A stretch of DNA of 64,000 nt from Octopus vulgaris (taxonomy: Eukaryota), in assembly GCA_951406725.2 (NCBI GenBank), contig OX597814.1, positions 128,216,001 to 128,280,000 on the forward strand, in the 5' to 3' direction. This document shows, in pieces, positions 41,099 to 53,615 of this stretch (the first letter of the stretch is position 1; each line of letters begins with the position of its first letter). A program made the position numbers and the translations under genes. Under the pieces are notes generated by a model. That model was not told the origin of the DNA. It was given only the letters and a program-made list of their open reading frames with translations, and did no database searches.

Positions 41099-41440
41099 AT
41101 ACACATACATATATATCTATATGTCAAGCTTCTTTCAGTTTCCATCTACCAAATCTATCAATTAAGAAAAATGTACCAAGCTTTAAAAATGGGTACTCAG
41201 ATTGATTTGTTTGACTAGGCTCTTCAATGCAGTTCCCCAGCATGGCCACAAACCAATGACTGAAATAAATATAAAATAAATAAATAAATGAAAAGGAACA
41301 AAATCTTATTTAAAAGAATGATATTTTGTCTTGAATTGCTACTTCTATCATCAAATATTTCAGAGTGGTGCTCCAGTATGACCACAGCCACATAGCTGAA
41401 ACGAATAAAAGAATACCAACAAAACTCTTATTATACTTAC

Positions 41441-41557
41441 TCTGAAGAGCTTCAGAAGCCCCGACTATCTTGAATTCAAGCCAGCCAAACCTTCGTACAA
41501 CAAGTGTAGCCAAGCAGATATTTAATGGAACAAGTATGGAGGCTATAATGAGCCGAA

Positions 41558-41558
<1 letters not shown>
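41441..41558 (-). CDS. TM-protein exon: VRLIIASILVPLNICLATLVVRRFGWLEFKIVGASEALQ
   Basis: Acceptor (att)n-cag, donor AGA|gtaagt; 118 bp, phase 0 to 1; visible in ORF 41310..41708. Confidence 0.93.
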
Positions 41559-41622
<64 letters not shown>

Positions 41623-41663
41623 GTGATAATATTAATAATAATAGTGATAATAATAATATTAAT

Positions 41664-41959
41664 AACAACTCGAGGTAACTCGAATGTGGAATCTAAAAAC
41701 AGAAACAATTCCTATCATAGTAGACGCATTAGGTATGATGAAAAAAAATATTCAGACAAATACATGACAAAAACACCAGGACTTACAAATATATATAACA
41801 TACAGAAAATTGCACTACTGGGCACTGCACACATCCTACGCAAAATACTTTCAATACAGTAACCATAAGAGCATCACCACAAACCACAGCACATACCCAA
41901 GGCACACAGAGCTGTGCTTCATTGTGAAGTGAAAGCACGCTATAAAAATAAAACTACTA

Positions 41960-41960
<1 letters not shown>
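41664..41960 (+). mobile_element. 5'-truncated R4/Dong-like element inside an (AAT)n microsatellite
   Basis: KYMTKTPGLTNIYNIQKIALLGTAHILRKILSIQ*; (AAT)n on both sides. Confidence 0.78.
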
Positions 41961-41995
<35 letters not shown>

Positions 41996-43390
41996 TTTGG
42001 GCCTAGTGCCTAGAAAAGAATATCTGATATAAAAATTTTTTTTTTGTTTTAGATTAAATAAATGTATTGTAAGCTACATACATATTTTAGATATTATAAT
42101 AATAAATTGAAGTATAATATTTATGAAAGGTTTAACCCTTCAATTGAAAAACACAGTTTCCGTTTCAATCTATTTTGAAAATAGCAAAAAATTTAATATA
42201 ACAAATTTGCCATTATTAAACTTTAGCATTTAAATATGTCATTTCTGGTCCAATTGTCCTACCTGTTCTATGCTCAAAACAGCCAGATCTGGCTTCTCAT
42301 GCCTACCCTACAACGTCCTTCTCAATATAAACAGTCACAGCATCAAAATCTTGAAGCTACAAGATAATACATGATTAACTCAAGATAATATGAATAAATA
42401 AGCATTACATTTGACAGAGTATCTGAATTCTAGAGGGTTAAAAGAAGAATTTTGCATCATAAAACCTGCAGCAGTTTCTGGAGGGTTGGTATTAAGAGTT
42501 AAGGTCCAGTATGTTGTTTTAAAACACATCGTTTGGGGCAGCAGATTGTCAGAATAAGTAGAGCTTCTGATAAAATGTATTAGTCTATTTAGTTACATCA
42601 TCATCATCATCATCGTTTAACGTCTGCTTTCCATGCTAGCATGGGTTTGATGGTTTGACTGAGGGCTGGCGAACCAGATGGCTGCACCAGGCTCCAGTCT
42701 TGATCTGGCAGAGTTTCTACAGCTGGATGCCCTTCCTAACGCCAACCACTCCGAGAGTGTAATGGGTGCTTTTACGTGCCACCGGCACGGGGACCAATCA
42801 GGCGGTACTGGCAACAACCTCGCTCGAATCTTTTTACACATGCCAATGGCACAGGTGCCAGTAAGGCGAAGCTGGTAATGATCCCACTCGAATGGTGCCT
42901 CTTACATGCCACCGGCACGGAAGCCAGTTAGCTGCTCTGGCAACAATCACACTTGGATGGTGCTCTTAGCACCCTACTAGCACAGGGCACAAGTGCCAGT
43001 AAGGCAAAGCTGGCAACGATCACACTCGAATGGCGCCTTTTATGTGCCACTGGCACGGAAGCCGATTAGCCGCTCTGTCAACGATCACGCTTGTATGGTG
43101 CTTGTGCCCGTCATCGAATTTCACTTTAATTTTGATTTTGATTTTGATTTCAACCTTTTATATTTTAAATTCAAATCTTGATGCAATTCTACCTTTCATC
43201 TTTCCAAATCAATAAAGTAGTCGCAGTCAAGTACAATTGATTTATACAACTGATTATTCCCACTTGAACAGTCGTGGCTTTATGCCTAAGAAATTAGTAT
43301 GAAGTGTTGATAACATTTATTTTCTTGCTTAACATCCACCTACCCCATTTCTTAGCCCTTCTTGTCACTAGCCCTCACCTGTTCCCCTAT

Positions 43391-43676
43391 GGAGGCACGT
43401 GGCCGAGTGGTTAGAGCAGTGGACTCACAGTCGAGGGATCGTGGGTTCGAATCTCAGACCGCGCGATGTGTGTGTTTATGAGCGAAACACCTAAGCTCTA
43501 TGCGGCTCCAGCACGGTGAACTTCTGCTGACTCTTTCACCACAACATTCTCCCACTCTTTCCTCCTGCATCTTGCAGCTCACCTGTGACCGACCGGCGTC
43601 CCGTCCAGGTGGGGAACCTATACGCCAAGGAAATCAGGAAACTGGCCCTTATGAGCCAGGCATGGTTTGAGAAGGA
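43391..43676 (+). mobile_element. tRNA-derived SINE with 14-bp TSD
   Basis: ggaggcacgtggccgagtggttagagc..gggttcgaatc head; TSD acctgttcccctat at 43377-43390 and 43677-43690. Confidence 0.88.
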
Positions 43677-44317
43677 ACCTGTTCCCCTATGATAGACATA
43701 TTTTGGGTGGAAGACGAGTGATGAACACTCTTTGCATGACAGTAATATTTATTTACAACTGTCACTCAATGTCAAGATAAAGAGACACTAACATATGTGC
43801 ACACACATGCTTGTGCACATGCATGCACACACACACACACACGCACACATGATAGGCTTCTTTCAGTTTTCTTCTACCAAATCCACTCACAAGGCTTTAG
43901 TCAACCCGGGGCTATAGTAGAAGACACTTTCCCAAGGTGCCACACGATGGGATTGAATCCAGAACCATGTGGTTGGGAAGCCCTGTTTAAATATTGTTTT
44001 TATCTTTTCTTTTCTACTCTAGGCACAAGGCCCAACATTTTTGAGGAGAGGGCCAGTTGATTAGATCAACCCCAGTGTGCAACTGGTACTAAATTTATCA
44101 ACCACCCCCCACCAAATAAAAAGGATGAAAGGCAAAGTCGACCTTGGCAGAATTTAAACTCAGAACATAAAGACAGATGAAATACCACTAGGCATTTTGC
44201 CCAGCATGCTAACGTTTCTGCCAGCTCACTGCCTTCGCCCTGTTAATATATTATCAGCAGAACAAAATATGAATTATTTAAAGATAAACACTAGGAAGAA
44301 AATTCTTTACAACTTAC

Positions 44318-44460
44318 CAATTTAACTGTTTCTAAATTCTTCGTTATGCTGGCTTGCACAATACAGTAGATCAGAATAACAACCATTGCAGCAACCAAAG
44401 CTAGCAGTTCATAGGCTCGTTCTCTAAGGAGACCGTGAATGGTATAAAACACACAGAATC
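44318..44460 (-). CDS. TM-protein exon: (G)FCVFYTIHGLLRERAYELLALVAAMVVILIYCIVQASITKNLETVKL
   Basis: Acceptor tttctttcag, donor TTG|gtaagt; 143 bp, phase 1 to 0, matches previous exon. Confidence 0.93.
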
Positions 44461-44750
44461 CTGAAAGAAAGGACTACATTGGTTACATTTTTTTCGGATT
44501 TTTACCTTTTTGAAACAATAATTTATTTTAAACACTTGGAAATATGACCAACAGACCAGTCTAGTAATATATACCATTGTCAAATCTTACCTCAAATAAA
44601 TCCTTAAGCTTTTAATTATTGAATCTTCAGGTTCCAAGTTCTTAACCAAAATATGACATATTACACTTTTACTTTTTTAGTCGTTTCAGTCATTTGACTG
44701 TGGCCATGCTGGAGCATCACCTTTATTCGAGCAAATCGACCCCAGTGTAA

Positions 44751-44866
44751 TTGTAATTCCGAAAGTGATTGAAAAATAAAAACTTTTACCTTATATCCTA
44801 GACCCTGCAGGGTCTAGGATAATTAAGGTAAAAGTTTTTATTTTTCAATCACTTTCGGAATTACAA
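44751..44866. repeat. Loopless near-perfect palindrome centred on CTGCAG
   Basis: ttgtaattccgaaagtgattg..tagaccctg|cagggtcta..caatcactttcggaattacaa; one small indel. Confidence 0.95.
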
Positions 44867-45439
44867 CAATTAGTGGCTTGGAGTTTAACTGCTCTTTCTC
44901 GTGAGTCAGATATCCTATTTTCTGGGTATCTCTTATGTGTTTGAATGTGCACTGTATTCTTCTCTGAATAATGTATAGTCTACTGACTAAAATTTTTTCC
45001 TTCTCACTAGACCACTAGTAGCTAAGAATTTTTTTGATAAATATTCTTGCTACCCTAAGATTTTAATTAATGATAAAATTAAATAAATTTATCTTTCAGG
45101 CCACAATGTTTACATGAAATAACATCGATTTTTTAACATATAACATTTTAATGATGTCTTATAGCCTTTAGATGAAATAGAACACAATGATTTCATTTGG
45201 GATCTTAGAAAATGATACAATGTACTGGTGTAATCAAGAGGAACTCTGGCTTGTCAAGCTGTTGCCATCTTGTCTCTTTACAGTGACTTTCCATTGGTTT
45301 TATACATATGTACATATATGAATAAAGTTAAGAATTTGAAGCCTGAGAAAAAATATGGCAACTGCTTTCCATTACTGGAGGTGTAAAAAGTCACATCTAC
45401 TTCGTGGGTGCTATGAAAAATTAAGATGAAATGAAGTAC

Positions 45440-45943
45440 CAATGGCAAGAAAATACCATCCATCAGGCATTTGCCATATTCTGAACGCCTTACTTCCCTG
45501 GGCATGGATACATTGAAACTCCTATGTCTGGCAGCTGACTTGGCAGACACCCATAAAATTATTAACCATCTTACTAATAATAACTCTGAGCACCTTTTCA
45601 AACTCCACCTGTCTAACACTCGTGTACGTGTTTACAAAGTCAGAAAACAGCACAGCTCCCATAACTTTCAGAAACATCTTTTTGCTAAGAGTTGCTGAAG
45701 CTTGGAACAAACTGCCGGCATCAGTTGTTAGTTGTCGGAGCACTGCATCCTTCAAAACTTCCATGCTTCCTGAGATTCACCAACACTACACCTGATTTTC
45801 TCCCTTCTATACACATGCAAGCATGTATCTGACTTATACACTGTTCCCTTTCCAGACATTTGTACATTACTGCATATGCTTTATATGCACTTTTGACAAG
45901 TTGTGGTGCACCTGAGCACTGTATACAATAATTTCATTATTAT
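45440..45943 (+). mobile_element. CR1/L2-group LINE 3' fragment
   Basis: PYSERLTSLGMDTLKL..ADLADTHKII and AWNKLPASVV; ends in att repeats. Confidence 0.75.
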
Positions 45944-46099
45944 ATTAAAGTGATTGGTAGTATTGGCTGTAATTGATTGATGATATTGCCTGCTTCGATT
46001 GATACGCCCACTCTACTAACAAATATACAAGTACATCTTTTTTCTGACTTATGGCTTCTTAACAACTATATTTATCTCAAATGCTCCAGAAACTCTCTA

Positions 46100-46700
46100 G
46101 AGACATTGAATAATTTCTACAACCAAGGTGACCTAATTAGCAGAGGAGGAGGATGTACTAAAAGTGTAATTGCTAGAATAAGAATAGGATTGAGAAAGTT
46201 CAGAGAACTTTTACTTCTGTTGGTAAACAAAGGTCTTTCTCTCCAAGGGAAAGGAAGGTTGCATGATGCATGTATATGAACAGCAATGTTACATTGTAGT
46301 GAGACACGGGCCCTGCTGGCAGAGAACATGTGAAGACTGGAGAGGAATGAAGCTAGTATGCTCTACTGGATGTACAATGTCAGTGTACATGTATGGCAGA
46401 GCACTGGTGTATTGGGAGAAAAGTTAAGCATAAGAGGAATTAGATGCATTGTGCAAGAGAGAAGACAGCATTGGTTTAGTCATGTGATGCATATGGATGA
46501 GAACAGTTGTATAAAGAAGTGCCAATCACTTGAAGTGGATGGAATTTGTGGAAGAGGGCGACCCAGGAAGACATGGAAACAAGTACTGAAGGCTGATCTC
46601 AAAACAATGAACTTTATGAAGGATATGACAAAGAACTGAAATATCTGGCACCTTTCTGTACTCAAGAAGACCTGTCCACCACAGCAGAATTGATATCCTA
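46100..46700 (+). mobile_element. RTE-like LINE 3' fragment
   Basis: GDLISRGGGCTKSVIARIRIG..KGRLHDACI; WFSHVMHMD..GRGRPRKTW. Confidence 0.8.
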
Positions 46701-47498
46701 AAACCCTCTTGGTAATGCTTGTCCATGAGGGGCACTGCCCCATCAGTTTTTATTCCCTACATTTCATACCCTAACATCCATCACTTTTCTATGAACTGAC
46801 AGCAGAATAGGCACATACTACACTCCCCAGCTTTCTCCACCCTACACCACTTCCATTTTCCATTATCTTCCTCCACCTACTATCACACCTCGCTTATCTG
46901 CTATTACCCACAATGCCCTCACGTAACTACTGCAACCCTCTCCTAGGTTTCTCTCTAGCATTTGCTATAGTCACCTCTATCCTGCCCACCCGCCCAATCC
47001 AAACCTCTGTATAACTTCACCTATTCTCCCACCCCCAAAGACCCTCGAGAGCATGTCCTGACACATCTTTACCATATCTCTATCACTATTGCTCTACTTA
47101 TCTTATCATACTCTCTAACTCACTCTCCTTTCCATTCCAACTGGGTAATCTGTGTATCTACAACAAGACACCAGTCTCTGTCCCTCTGTATCTTTGAATA
47201 TCTCAACTGGCACAAAGCCACCCCTCCAATACTTCTCCTCACTCTCAGTTGAGGGATCCTTGCTTTTTTTGTCTTTTTTGTCTTTTTGCAAGGTACGTGG
47301 TGACCCTGTCAGGGCTGGTGTAAAAAGTACCCAGTATACTCTGTAAAATGGTTGGCATTAAGAAGGGCATCCAGCAGTAGAAACCATGCCAAAGCAGACA
47401 ATGGAGCCTGGTATAACTTCTGGCCCTGTCAGCTCTTGTCAAACCATGTGACTCATGCCAGCATTGAAAATGGATGATTAATGATGATGATGATGGTG

Positions 47499-47546
<48 letters not shown>

Positions 47547-48453
47547 ATGCATATATCACCGTGATCCCTGTGACCGACCAGGCTATCAGATGTTGCTACA
47601 CATCGCTGGTCACCATGCGCTTCACATTGTTTTAGCCTTCAAATGATGTCACCCTGCTGGCTAAGTGAGCAGGCCAACAGAAGAAAGAGTGAGAGAAAGT
47701 TGCAGTGAAAGAGTACAGCAGGGATCGCCACCACCCCCTGCCAGAGCCTCATGGAGCTTTTAGGTGTTTTTGCTCAATAAACACTCACAACGCCCGGTCT
47801 GGGAATTGAATTCGTGATCCTACCACTGTGAGTCCGCAACCACTGGGCCATTGCGCGTCCACGTATGTGTATATATATATATATAATGAAAATAAGCAAC
47901 AAGGATATTCAGAGGTAATGGATATCCTTGTTGCTCATTTTGATTTTAATCACCTTATTTTGAAATTGCAGGAGCGGCTGTGTGGAGGCGCAGGAGTGGC
48001 TGTGTGGTAAGTAGCTTGCTAACCAACCACATGGTTCCGGGTTCAGTTCCACTGCGTGGCATCTTGGGCAAGTGTCTTCTGCTATAGCCCCGGGCCGACC
48101 AATGCCTTGTGAGTGGATTTGGTAGACGGAAACTGAAAGAAGCCTGTCGCATATATGTATATATGTATGTGTGTGTGTGTGTGTGTTTGTGTGTCTGTGT
48201 TTGTCCCCCTAACATTGCTTGACAGCCAATGCTGGTATGTTTACATCCCTGTCACTTAGCGGTTCGGCAAAAGAGACCGATAGAATAAGTACTGGGTTTA
48301 CAAAGAATAAGTCCCGGGGTCAATTTGCTTGACTAAAGGCGGTGCTCCAGCATGGCCACAGTCAAATGACTGAAACAAGTAAAAGAGAGTAATACCATAC
48401 TAAATTCTGGTGCCTCAACCTAAGTACCATATTCATCTGAATCTCTCTCTGTA

Positions 48454-48490
<37 letters not shown>

Positions 48491-50372
48491 TAGCTGTTGG
48501 ACCCGGCTCATGTTTTCTGTGTTGAAGTTAAGCCCACCTCTGACCTTGTATTGAAATCTTCTTCATTCCCCATGCCAACTATTACCCATTAAAATGTTAT
48601 ACCTGCTACGGCAGGGATTTTTACCCAGTTAATGCTTTCGACATACTCCTACATAGTGGACAGTCTGAAATCACTCATTACACTGTGGCCATGCTGAGGC
48701 ACTGCCTTAAAGAAATTTTAGTTCAATGAATTGCCTCTAGTATTTGTTTTTTAATCCTGGTACTTATTTTCTCAGCCTCTTTTGCTGAACCACTAACTTT
48801 CAGGTACATAAACACGCCAACACCAGTTGTCAAGTGGTTGTAGGGGACAAACGTATACACACACACACACACACACATGATAGGCCTCTTTACAGTTTCC
48901 AGCTTCCAAATACACCCACATGGCTTTGGTCGGCCCATGGCTATAATAGAAGACACTTGTCCAAGATGCCATGCAGTGGAACTGAACCTGGAACCATGGA
49001 GTCTGGAAGCAAACTTCTTACCAAACAGCCATGCCTGTGTTATTTGTAGATAATTTCAAAACTGGTCTCTCTTCCAGATGTCAGGAATTATCTAGACAGT
49101 GAAGTAAAATATCAATACTATATCTTTTGCAGGAAATTAAAAATTATATATCTCTGCTAGGAAATATAAAAAAAAAATTAATGTTTTACTGGATCTTACA
49201 CTCAAAAAAATCCAATGATATTTCATTGCATCTTACACTCATTCTTTCCCTAGGAAAAGTGTATTTTAAGTTAACTGTTAACATCCTGTAGGAAATTTTT
49301 GAAATTATATATCTCTATTAGGAAAAAAAAAAAAATCCAATAATGTTTCATTGCATCTTACACTCATTCTCTTCCTAGTAAGAGTGTATTTTAAATTAAC
49401 TGTTAACAACGAGATAAAAAACATTTGAGCGAGGTCGTTACCAGTGCCACTGGACTGGCTCCTGTGCAGGTGGCACATAAAAATACCATTTGAGCGTGGC
49501 CATTGCCAGTAAATGAAGGTTTCTGTAGGAACATTAAGTCATATTCACTTAGTGAGTTTACATGCACAAGGATGAATGATGTAGTTGTTGATGTTAGATG
49601 CAGTAAAAGTTGATAGCGGCAATATCAGCAGTGAGGAATTTCATTGTGCCATGATATGGAGAAAGCAAGCAAATAGCTTCCTGGTGCAAATGCAAGGTAG
49701 ACTCCCTAAGTGGAGAAAATCTGATCTATTTAAGGAAATTGCTGGGCTCCATTGCGATAGGTAGAAACTCCAAGCAATGTAAAATATGGCCTGGACCGTG
49801 ATTACCAGCATGAATGTCAAACTTCAAAAAGTCTTAGTAATGGTTTTAGTAAATTTATACAGAAATAAATGTCCAGCATAAATAAAAGTCAACTTCGTTA
49901 TGTATTTTCTATAAAAACCTATTCTGACATTAAATGAGTCAACTTCCTGTACAAATGTTTACATTTGTACATCATTTTTCAACAAAAAAAATTTCTTTAA
50001 AAATTCTGGAAACTATCTACTCATGTAATTTACACACCCACTAAATTACATGGGTTTTTATGGTATATCATACATATCAAGGATGACATCTGCATAAAGA
50101 AGTGGTATGCACTCAAAATGAATGGAAACTGCAGAAGGAGACTTCTTGAGGTGCGGAAGCTGTGTGATTGTATTGAATTTTTGTGGACCAAGTTTAGCTA
50201 GCTCTTTTCACAAGGCTTTGAATCAAATACCTTGGTGATACCAAAGAAAGCCATGTACAGCAGTAAGTAATATTGTGCATGGTATTTTTCCTGCAACTGA
50301 TGACATAAGAAAATTGAAAGTATTATTGAGGTTTGGTTGAGTAAGTCTTCAATAGAGATATGAGTGAAAATA

Positions 50373-50932
50373 TTGGGTTGTCCGGAAAGTTTGTGCCGAT
50401 TTTTAAAGGAAAGGAAAAGGTCAATAAATACTTGCCATTACATTTTTAATCAACCAAATATGAACCATTTTGTTGCACAATGCGTCTCCATCTTTCCTTT
50501 AACTTGAAAATACCCTCTTCCCAGAATTGAGGTGATTTCATGACAAAGAATTCATCAAGGTATCTTTTTACGTCATCCAAGCAATTTTTACCATTAAGAC
50601 TATTCTGCAGAGACCTGAATAAGTGGAAATCCAAAGGAGCAATATCTGGTGAATATGGAGAGTGGGGTAACACATCCCAGCCAAGCTGCAGCAATTTTTG
50701 TCCTGTTCCCAAAGTATTAAGTACCGAAAATGAACTGTCTTATCTTCCATTTTAAAGGGTTACAGAATTAACACAGGTTATAGGAACATAAATCTTCTTC
50801 CACGAAAAGATAGCTTAAACTGTGCTCTAAATGGAGGTGTAGTCAAATCCTATTTTATGAACTCAACCATGTTCTAAAATAAGTCGAAAGGTAAGCTACT
50901 ATAAAACGGCACGCACTTTCTGGACAACCCAA
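50373..50932 (-). mobile_element. Internally deleted mariner
   Basis: TIRs ttgggttgtccggaaagt / actttctggacaacccaa, TA TSDs; LGWDVLPHSPYSPDIAPLDFHLFRSLQNSL. Confidence 0.92.
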
Positions 50933-50934
50933 TA

Positions 50935-52560
50935 TTTCCAGCAATTGATAAACGCAAGATTCCTCATTAGTTGTCACAATCCAGTTTATCTCCTACCTTG
51001 AAAAAAATAATGGTTGCATCTCTGAGGTCAACTGGTATCGAAAACGATGTCCAGATTAGAAGGAATAGTACAAGAAGCCTTGTTATAAATGTTTCATTTT
51101 CAAGTTTATTTATCCCAGCAGGATCCAATTGGATCCAGCTGCCTTTTTGTTTTTTTTTGCTTTAGGGAACAGATTAATTTTTTGATTTCTGTAATGTCAG
51201 GCAGTGCAGCTATTCCCCATTGGTTTTTATGCAATGTTGTCCTAGGATTTTTCATTGGCCATATTGTCACAATGAAGCAAGTTTTCAAAATATTTTTCAT
51301 CTCTGATTGCTATTTTTTGTTTGATAGTTCTTGATTGTGAATCTGTTATACAGGGGTTATAGATCTAATCATGCTGAAGAAACCTCTTGTGGTATCCATG
51401 TCAACCAGTTTCTCCAATTTTAGGTGCTTAGTCTTTATTGCACGTGCTTATTTCTGAACTGCAGCCATTGCTTGTTAGCAACTTTTCCATTTGTGTTCAT
51501 TATTCTTGCCTTTTTGACAGGCATGGAAAGTCACTCTGTTTCTATTGAACAGCTATGTGATTTGGGTGATGCTCTCAATAAACCAGCTTTTGAGTTTTCT
51601 GGCTATAAAACCAAAGAACTCTTAATAAGCTGCAGACATAACTCCCTTTAGAATGCACCATGTATTTTCAGTGGTGTTACTGACGGGTGACAGTTATCAT
51701 TTAAACAGTAAATACTGCTGAAGTTACTTTGCATTTGCTGGGTCTAAGAGAAACTCAGTGTTGACATCGTTTCTGTTGTTGAAGTTGCTTAGAAATAAGT
51801 TGAATTGCCACTTTGATCATATTTAATGGTGGTCAGTCCAGCAATAACTGGCTCTTGTTGTGATGCATGTTAGGTGTGCAGTGCTGTGAATGCAGCTCTG
51901 TACAATGACACACTCACTTATGTGCTGGTGCTTTGATCTTAGATACTGCACAAACCTTTTTACCAATTTATTTGTTAGAATGGTATGTTGGTGATTGTTT
52001 ACTAATGGAGGGCAGTGAGCTGGTAGAATTGTTAGCACATTGAGTGAAATGCGTAGCCGTATTTTGTCTGCCATTACGTTCTGAGTTCAAATTCCACCAA
52101 GGTTGGCTTTGCCTTTCATCTTTTCGGGGTCGATAAATTAAGTAACAGTTATGCACTGGGGTTAATGTAATCGACTTAATCCATTTGTCTGTCCTTGTTT
52201 GTCCCCTCTATGTTTAGCCCCTTGTGGGTAATAAAGAAACAGGTTGTTTACTAAAGTGTGTTCCTCATATTTAGTTCGGAGCAGAATGCCAGTTGAGTTA
52301 GCCCTTCCCAAACCCTTCTTTCCTGTAATGCCATTAAATAGTTCAAATCTTAGCCAACTCTGGTGAGTAGTTATCACATACTTGGATTGAAACATAAGTG
52401 TCTTTCAGCAACAGCATCTGAGAAGTCCTTTCTAGAATTAGCTCTGCTTACCCTGTACTGGATGAGAAAAGTTGCCTCAAACATAGCCTCACTCAGCTTC
52501 ATTGACTAGGTCTCCATCTCTAGTGGGGTCATCTATTTTTGTTTCTGATTTTTTTGAAGA
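50935..52560 (-). mobile_element. Degenerate RTE LINE fragment (APE end to RT start) with a SINE insertion at ~52010-52240
   Basis: LRSKHQH..CWTDHH (APE C-terminus), AALPDITEIKKLICSLK, IPVDLRDATII..GDKLDCDN. Confidence 0.7.
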
Positions 52561-52997
52561 TGAAAGAAATAATACATAATCAAAATATATTTTGAAATGC
52601 TTGGACTCTTATTAAAAAGCCAAATAGCCTCCATACAGCACTTACCTCTAGGGATTTCTAGTCTTTACTGAGATGAGACTACCTGAGGGACAGCTGAAAA
52701 AACATGGTGGTTGATAAACCCCCTTTTGGAAAGGCAAGCTATAAGAAGAGCAACATTTACATGAAGCAGGCTTTGTAGTCCATAATGATCACGTTGACTG
52801 CCTATGTAAACTGCCTACTGGCATTGCTGAAAGACTAAGGATTCTTCATTTAAAACTTGCTGGCTCTAACAAGTATATCAGATATGTAGTATAGTTTTAT
52901 GTTATTGTATCAGACATAGAGAGTGACTTGGTACATGTATATTAAGCATTCAGTGTGATTTAGTAGAAATGTATCTAAATGATAAGATTTTTCTTAC

Positions 52998-53163
52998 CTG
53001 CATTTATGAGAATAAGAATCGTGAAGATAATATCAGCATAGTGCAATTCAGTAACTGCTTTGACGAGTTGATAGATAGTCAAACAGATTGCAATGATAAT
53101 GTTTATAAGAGACATTGATAAGAAGAGCCATTCTATTGATGTCAATCCAGAAAAGGTTCGAAA
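52998..53163 (-). CDS. TM-protein exon: FRTFSGLTSIEWLFLSMSLINIIIAICLTIYQLVKAVTELHYADIIFTILILINA
   Basis: Acceptor tctttcttctttcag, donor CAG|gtaaga; 166 bp, phase 0 to 1; lies in ORF 52975..53181. Confidence 0.92.
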
Positions 53164-53223
53164 CTGAAAGAAGAAAGACAAAGAAATTGTAAGGAGCCTT
53201 TTATTTCATCAGTATTTTATATA

Positions 53224-53615
53224 TCTATACATATAAAGCTGAAGTTGTCTGTGTGTGCGGCAGGTTTGGTAGCCTTCAACTAACACTATCTCCTCCGAGA
53301 CCCTGCAGCGCAAGTTGACCAAAATTAATAGTATGAGAGAAGAAGGCTTGCTCTTCCTTCTGTAGAAGAAAAAATTCAAATCTACCATGTTAACACCAAA
53401 AATTATTTACATCAAAAAGGTGCTTTTTTTCTATGAAAATCCCTATTTTTTATGATTTTTTGACTGCTGTATCGCCATTTTTCGGTGAATTTCAACCAGA
53501 AAAATGTTCACTTAAAGAGAATAACAAGGTACATAATGCAAAATTTTTACTTTTCAAAAATTCCAATTCTAAAGGGTCAAAACAAACCCGAGCAACGCCG
53601 GGCCGATACTGCTAG
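53224..53615 (+). mobile_element. Non-autonomous Helitron-like element (sister of 35296-35691)
   Basis: A|TCTATACATATAAAG start, cccgagcaacgccggg hairpin, CTAG|T end. Confidence 0.8.

Larger units (their letters stand above)
4785..53163 (-). other. Multi-exon gene for an ~8-TM membrane protein (UPF0658/DUF7789-like); 5' exon(s) not found in window
   Basis: Nine exons with AG/GT boundaries join in compatible phase without stops into 315 aa. Hydrophobic helices and motifs HGLLRERAYEL, FGWLEFKIVGA, LLKFD, NFNKGLK. Family name is from recalled motif similarity, not a search. Confidence 0.9.

Noticed and set aside
43391-43465. tRNA-like sequence
   Set aside because: It is the head of a SINE with body and 14-bp TSD; no complete acceptor stem.
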